A DNA stretch of 64,000 nt from a virus. The stretch is taken from IMG/VR virus record IMGVR_UViG_3300045988_107637, positions 14,411-78,410 of that record; one strand, written 5' to 3'. Every line of letters begins with the position of its first letter. The first letter of the stretch is position 1. This document shows, in pieces, positions 59,967 through 64,000 of the stretch. The notes below the pieces were generated by a model. The model did not search any database, was not told the origin of the DNA, and saw only the letters and a list, made by a program, of their open reading frames with translations. The position numbers and the translations under genes are program-made.

Positions 59967-59989
59967 ACGCGCGATATTTGACCTTCTTT

Positions 59990-60211
59990 TTAGTTCAGCT
60001 TTAGTTGTTCATTGGAGTAGTCGGAAAGCCCTAATTCGTCTTGCATGGAATGGATTACAACGTCTACTATAGCATCCTTCCTATTGGCAAATACAGAAAG
60101 TAGTTTTTCCCTTACTTCTTCTTTACTCTCAAAGACAATTTCGTCTATCTGCATCTTTACATTAAAGACGTTACCCTTTTGTGTTATTAGGGCAATTTGA
60201 AGTATTCTCAT
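59990..60211 (-). CDS. hypothetical protein (73 aa)
   Basis: ORF track with an ATG start. Confidence 0.5.
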   Translation of the reverse strand: MRILQIALITQKGNVFNVKMQIDEIVFESKEEVREKLLSVFANRKDAIVDVVIHSMQDELGLSDYSNEQLKLN

Positions 60212-60212
60212 A

Positions 60213-60365
60213 TTATTTTAATTGATTAGCATATGCTCCTTCTTCACAATTTTCTATACGTGATTGGCATTCAGATATCACTTCCCTTAAAATATCCGCG
60301 CATTCCTTGTCAGAATTGCCTTGTAACAGATTATCTATATATACCATGATATTATTTACTTCCAT
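60213..60365 (-). CDS. hypothetical mini protein (50 aa)
   Basis: MEVNNIMVYIDNLLQGNSDKECADILREVISECQSRIENCEEGAYANQLK fills the gap between neighbouring genes. Below the track cutoff. Confidence 0.35.
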   Translation of the reverse strand: MEVNNIMVYIDNLLQGNSDKECADILREVISECQSRIENCEEGAYANQLK

Positions 60366-60377
60366 AACTTTTGCTTT

Positions 60378-61193
60378 TTATAGGTTATTATATTCTTTAT
60401 ATTTAGAAATTGAATTGAACGTAGCTTGTACGCGGCTACTAATATACTGATAAAAATTAGCATTCGTAAAGTCAATGCCGATAAACAATTTGTTGTTGTT
60501 TCTATTGGCTTCCTGCATGAGTTCCTTTATTTCCGCTTTGTGACACTGGGTGAGAACAAAACTTGTACGGTATTTAGTCCAATTCAAAAAGAACAGTTCT
60601 TCATCTGTAGAATTTTCATTCAGCATAGGTATTACTTTTCGTAGTATTCTACAAAAACAAGCGAACTCAGCACTTTCTACTACTTTTCTGTTTCGCGTTC
60701 TTGCACTTGCTATACTTGCTTGCTTCTTACTTTCTTCGTCAATTCGATAATTGCTATTAGCTGTGCCAGATAATATGCCACGTGCCTTGTTCGCTGCTAA
60801 AGCCTCCTTTGTTCGTTTGCTAATTAGTTCGCGTTCGTACTGCGCCACGGATGCAAAGATACCTAATATCATAGTGTTGACTACTGGAAGGTCACAAAAG
60901 TATATTTCTATGCCCGTATTTACTACATGAAAAACGAACTCGGCATCTCTTGAAAGCCTATCGAGCTTAGCCACTACAAGGGTGCAACTATTAGCTTTGC
61001 AATACTCTATAGCTTTCCACAACTCCACACGGGAACAGTCTTTTCCCGAAGCCACATCTACAAACTTACCACAAATAATTCCACCTTTGCTATTAATATA
61101 GTCTATACAAGTCTTTTCTTGGGCTGACAACCCTAAACCGCTATCACCTTGTTTATTCGTTGATACACGAAGGTAGTAAACATATTTATCCAT
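60378..61193 (-). CDS. serine recombinase (resolvase/invertase catalytic domain) with atypical ~120-aa C-terminus
   Basis: YYLRVSTNKQ (catalytic Ser), LVVAKLDRLSRD and QYERELISKRTKEAL are present. No recognisable Hin-type C-terminal HTH. It is the only recombinase seen in the window. Confidence 0.8.
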   Translation of the reverse strand: MDKYVYYLRVSTNKQGDSGLGLSAQEKTCIDYINSKGGIICGKFVDVASGKDCSRVELWKAIEYCKANSCTLVVAKLDRLSRDAEFVFHVVNTGIEIYFCDLPVVNTMILGIFASVAQYERELISKRTKEALAANKARGILSGTANSNYRIDEESKKQASIASARTRNRKVVESAEFACFCRILRKVIPMLNENSTDEELFFLNWTKYRTSFVLTQCHKAEIKELMQEANRNNNKLFIGIDFTNANFYQYISSRVQATFNSISKYKEYNNL

Positions 61194-61200
61194 CTTATTA

Positions 61201-61347
61201 CTAACTGATTATTATTATTACAGACAAAGCTATTCCGGCTATAAGCCAACTGATAACATCACTACTATATTTGAAGTTAGGACGTAGTATGATGGCAAAT
61301 AAAGCCACAATATCCCACACCAATAGTAGAAGCATGAACTTTCCCAT
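61201..61347 (-). CDS. small membrane protein (48 aa)
   Basis: MGKFMLLLLVWDIVALFAIILRPNFKYSSDVISWLIAGIALSVIIIIS. Below the track cutoff. Confidence 0.35.
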   Translation of the reverse strand: MGKFMLLLLVWDIVALFAIILRPNFKYSSDVISWLIAGIALSVIIIIS

Positions 61348-61437
61348 TATCTGCCTAATTTAATGAGTTCTCCAGACAACAAACAGCCAATAAATCCGAT
61401 AATTATTATTAATGCCATAGTTTTTAATATTTAGAAG

Positions 61438-61899
61438 TTATACAAATTGTTTTTCTATGTAAACACACCCTATTCCCTTGCTCTTGTTAAATTGGCTGTT
61501 TTTAAGGTCAATATTAGGCTTTATAAAGTCTTTTATGTTATCCACTAAAGAAATATATTTAGATGCGTTCGCCTTTATTGCAAGGGCTTTATACATTTCT
61601 TCACACATAACCATATACTTTTTAAATTGTCCTTTGTTGAAGCGGACAACTATTTTCCCGTGCGTTTCAACAAATTTGTTGTGCCCAACATAAAACCTTC
61701 TTTCATCATTGCAATGCACCAATTTATCACCTACGTATAGATACGTTCTTTGTCTCATGCTGTACTTACTATCTACTGATATGCTATTAAAGTAAACCGC
61801 TTGTTTCTTTGGAATGCCTACAGACACAATGTTTTCCAGAAGTTCTATGTTTGCTTTTGCCTTCTCAAAGTCTTCTTCAAAATTTTTATAAGTTTTCAT
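61438..61899 (-). CDS. hypothetical protein (153 aa)
   Basis: ORF track with an ATG start. Confidence 0.55.
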   Translation of the reverse strand: MKTYKNFEEDFEKAKANIELLENIVSVGIPKKQAVYFNSISVDSKYSMRQRTYLYVGDKLVHCNDERRFYVGHNKFVETHGKIVVRFNKGQFKKYMVMCEEMYKALAIKANASKYISLVDNIKDFIKPNIDLKNSQFNKSKGIGCVYIEKQFV

Positions 61900-61914
61900 A
61901 CACTACTTTATTGT

Positions 61915-61948
61915 TATATTATATATATTATATATATTATATATATTA
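61915..61948. repeat. AT-only 9-nt tandem repeat (TATATATTA x ~3.5)
   Basis: Read directly. Lies immediately upstream of the ATG at 61899. Confidence 0.7.
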
Positions 61949-61970
61949 CCAAAACAGTTATAACTTTTTG

Positions 61971-62171
61971 TTATAATGGAAGCTTATGCTCTGATAATAT
62001 ATACGGGTGCTTTAAATTAGTAATACCATGATACAATATTTCGCGCTTTGTTTCTGCCTTATAAATAAACAGATTTCCGTTTCTCACTGCCTTCATTGTA
62101 TCATTGATATTCAACCCTTGCAGGCTTATAAACTCTTTTAGTTCGGGCTTAAATTTCGTTATTAACTTCAT
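61971..62171 (-). CDS. hypothetical protein (66 aa)
   Basis: ORF track. Confidence 0.5.
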   Translation of the reverse strand: MKLITKFKPELKEFISLQGLNINDTMKAVRNGNLFIYKAETKREILYHGITNLKHPYILSEHKLPL

Positions 62172-62175
62172 GCTA

Positions 62176-62358
62176 TTACCTAAAAACGTAGTTACACAAA
62201 TTAGATAACCAACACATTAACTGAATAGCCATCATGAAAATGAACATTCCACACAAAGCGGCTGTAGCTATTACTATTCGTTGCCATATAATGCGATAAT
62301 CACGCTTTAATATTTTTCCACTAATAAAGCGACCGTTATAAAAATCTGTTATATTCAT
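62176..62358 (-). CDS. small membrane protein (60 aa)
   Basis: VIATAALCGMFIFMMAIQLMCWL is a TM helix. Confidence 0.5.
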   Translation of the reverse strand: MNITDFYNGRFISGKILKRDYRIIWQRIVIATAALCGMFIFMMAIQLMCWLSNLCNYVFR

Positions 62359-62549
62359 AATAAAATTCGTTTTTGTAATGATTCTCCAATTTCATACAGT
62401 TCTATGCTTGTAACTCCTTGCGTATCTTTTAGGATATTTATCCCGTTTTGGTAGAAATTAAACAGTTTAATCGCGTCAAGAGCTGTACACGGTTGAAGCA
62501 TAATAATGCGTTCTTTTTCGTTAATCTGTATAAAATAATTCTTTTCCAT
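62355..62549 (-). CDS. hypothetical protein (64 aa)
   Basis: ORF track with a 4-nt overlap. Confidence 0.5.
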   Translation of the reverse strand: MEKNYFIQINEKERIIMLQPCTALDAIKLFNFYQNGINILKDTQGVTSIELYEIGESLQKRILL

Positions 62550-62884
62550 ATTCTTTTTGTTTTAAGTTAGTAATAGTTCTGCCCGTGGAACTCGCACCAC
62601 TTGCAAGGCGTTGAACCTTTGGCAGATAATTCGGCTTAAAAACTGTCATTTCCTTCATGCAACCCACTACGAGCCACACGGTACCGGGATAATTGCATCT
62701 ATTAAGCTGTGGAAACCTTGTATAATTGCCACTTGTTACCCGTGTAAATTAATACGGTTAGGCTTTTGCCTTTATTTCTTGCCCAAATTGGTACTACTTT
62801 CTCAATTTCCGAAATTGTGGCATCTATTACGGTTGATTCTATTTGAAAAGTATGTTTTACTTCCATATATGTATACTTTATTGG

Positions 62885-63067
62885 TTAGCATCTTAGTTCG
62901 CGGAAAGAAACCGTTTCAAAATCACTCTTTATTATCTCTATTTCGATTTTTGGAACAAAGCGGTTTAACTCTTTGCGAATGTCTTTCATTTCGTCAAATG
63001 ATACCGTTACAATGTTGCCAGCAACTAACAAGCTACGTAATATATTATCCATCTTTTCGCGTTTCAT
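62885..63067 (-). CDS. hypothetical protein (60 aa)
   Basis: ORF track. On the same strand as the whole block, unlike the overlapping plus-strand ORF. Confidence 0.45.
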   Translation of the reverse strand: MKREKMDNILRSLLVAGNIVTVSFDEMKDIRKELNRFVPKIEIEIIKSDFETVSFRELRC

Positions 63068-63195
63068 AATCTTAAAATTTATCTGATTCTTTACTGTCGT
63101 TTATAAATTCCCTTATCCTCTCTATATCGGTGCCGCTGATGAACAACACAGCACCGAATAACAACAACATAACGCAGAACATATTACACGCTGCT

Positions 63196-63531
63196 TTATT
63201 CGTTATTAACCGCCTTGTACAATTCATGTGCAAAACGTTTAACCATTCTTTTGCGTTGCGTATAATCGTAGTTATAATATAGTTTTTCCCATCGTTCGCA
63301 CACTTTGCGCGCTTTTTCGTTACTCGTTCCGAATGGAGCGTAACCAGTGCAGATAGCTATATTATTATATGGTTCCGGCAATTCGTAAATATCATTCGCC
63401 CAACCTTCTATACGTTCGGTGTGCCCTACCTTTGTAAGATAGTTTTCTATACTCTGTATTTTGCAATAACCTAATGATATTACATTTTCTTTTCCATAAA
63501 TGCGATATATTTCCTTTCTTGTTGTCTTCAT
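63196..63531 (-). CDS. hypothetical protein (111 aa)
   Basis: ORF track with an ATG start. Confidence 0.55.
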   Translation of the reverse strand: MKTTRKEIYRIYGKENVISLGYCKIQSIENYLTKVGHTERIEGWANDIYELPEPYNNIAICTGYAPFGTSNEKARKVCERWEKLYYNYDYTQRKRMVKRFAHELYKAVNNE

Positions 63532-63595
63532 AACATTGTTATTTTAGTATAGATAAATGATTTTAATGTAGTAGGGGTAATAAGCCCCGTTATTA

Positions 63596-63991
63596 TCAGC
63601 CTATTATATAAGGTTCTGACATAGGAATATATTCCATACCGTTGAGCTGGTAGATAGGAAGGAAGTTTCTAAACCAACCGTTCCCGGCATCATAAAACCC
63701 TTTGAAAACAAAATCACACGGAGAAGCATTGTTAATTATTTCAAGCTCCCTATATCCGTATACGTTGCTTCCTCCGTTCTTCTTGATGAACTTCTTTAAC
63801 CAGTTCAAGGCTTGAACGCCTTGTTCCTCTGTCAATGGAATGCCGTAACCATCTCCGACACTTTCCAACCAATCGTAAATAATAACGTCCTTTTGTTCCC
63901 TGTTAGAGCGGTTTTTTAACAACTGCAATTGCTGTTTAGTGATTACACCGCGTTCTTTAATCTCTGAAAAGATACTTTCTAAAGTCTTCAT
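63596..63991 (-). CDS. hypothetical protein (131 aa)
   Basis: ORF track with an ATG start. Confidence 0.55.
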   Translation of the reverse strand: MKTLESIFSEIKERGVITKQQLQLLKNRSNREQKDVIIYDWLESVGDGYGIPLTEEQGVQALNWLKKFIKKNGGSNVYGYRELEIINNASPCDFVFKGFYDAGNGWFRNFLPIYQLNGMEYIPMSEPYIIG

Positions 63992-64000
63992 AATGCTATA

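Noticed and set aside
62611-63069. 152-aa plus-strand ORF
   Set aside because: It is the only plus-strand ORF in a roughly 29-kb minus-strand block, starts with a non-ATG codon and is hydrophobic and Leu/Cys-rich. It overlaps plausible small minus-strand ORFs (62885-63067 and shorter ones at about 62696-62866).

Overview
AT-rich 64-kb stretch of a tailed, siphovirus-type dsDNA phage or prophage. The host is probably Bacteroidota: TTTG-N20-TAnnTTTG promoters recur, and TIGR02757/DUF2400- and DUF4494-like genes are present. Layout: (i) 1-1450, minus-strand genes of unknown role. (ii) 1528-16346, a minus-strand late operon with terL (carrying an intein), portal, holin-like protein, M15 endolysin, u-spanin and a 2757-aa tail fibre, plus a silent plus-strand alternative fibre C-terminus at 1528-2565. 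(iii) 16744-30415, a plus-strand morphogenesis arm with scaffold, capsid proteins, connectors, major tail protein, chaperones (-1 overlap), a 1778-aa tape measure, an Ant/KilAC moron and small tail or moron genes. (iv) 30679-34840, three paralogous receptor-binding-type proteins in opposed orientation. (v) 34902-63991, about 65 tightly packed minus-strand early/replication genes (dUTPase, primase-polymerase/helicase, initiator-like wHTH, SSB-like, DUF2829/Tad2-like, serine recombinase), interrupted by a complete IS200/IS605 element (tnpA+tnpB) and a second solo divergent tnpB. The non-routine signals are: (1) a ~126-134 nt structured RNA present five times, always sense and 10-43 nt upstream of a start codon, with compensatory base changes; (2) a Mu G-segment-like invertible fibre C-terminus with in-frame 18-bp inverted repeats; (3) a 140-bp promoter-bearing segment flanked by perfect 24-bp inverted repeats between two divergent RBP paralogs; (4) G9/G10 homopolymer tracts placed in a coding sequence and next to a promoter; (5) a class-3-type LAGLIDADG intein splitting the TerL P-loop. 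No rRNA, tRNA or CRISPR array was recognised. All calls come from reading the sequence and the ORF track; no database search was run.
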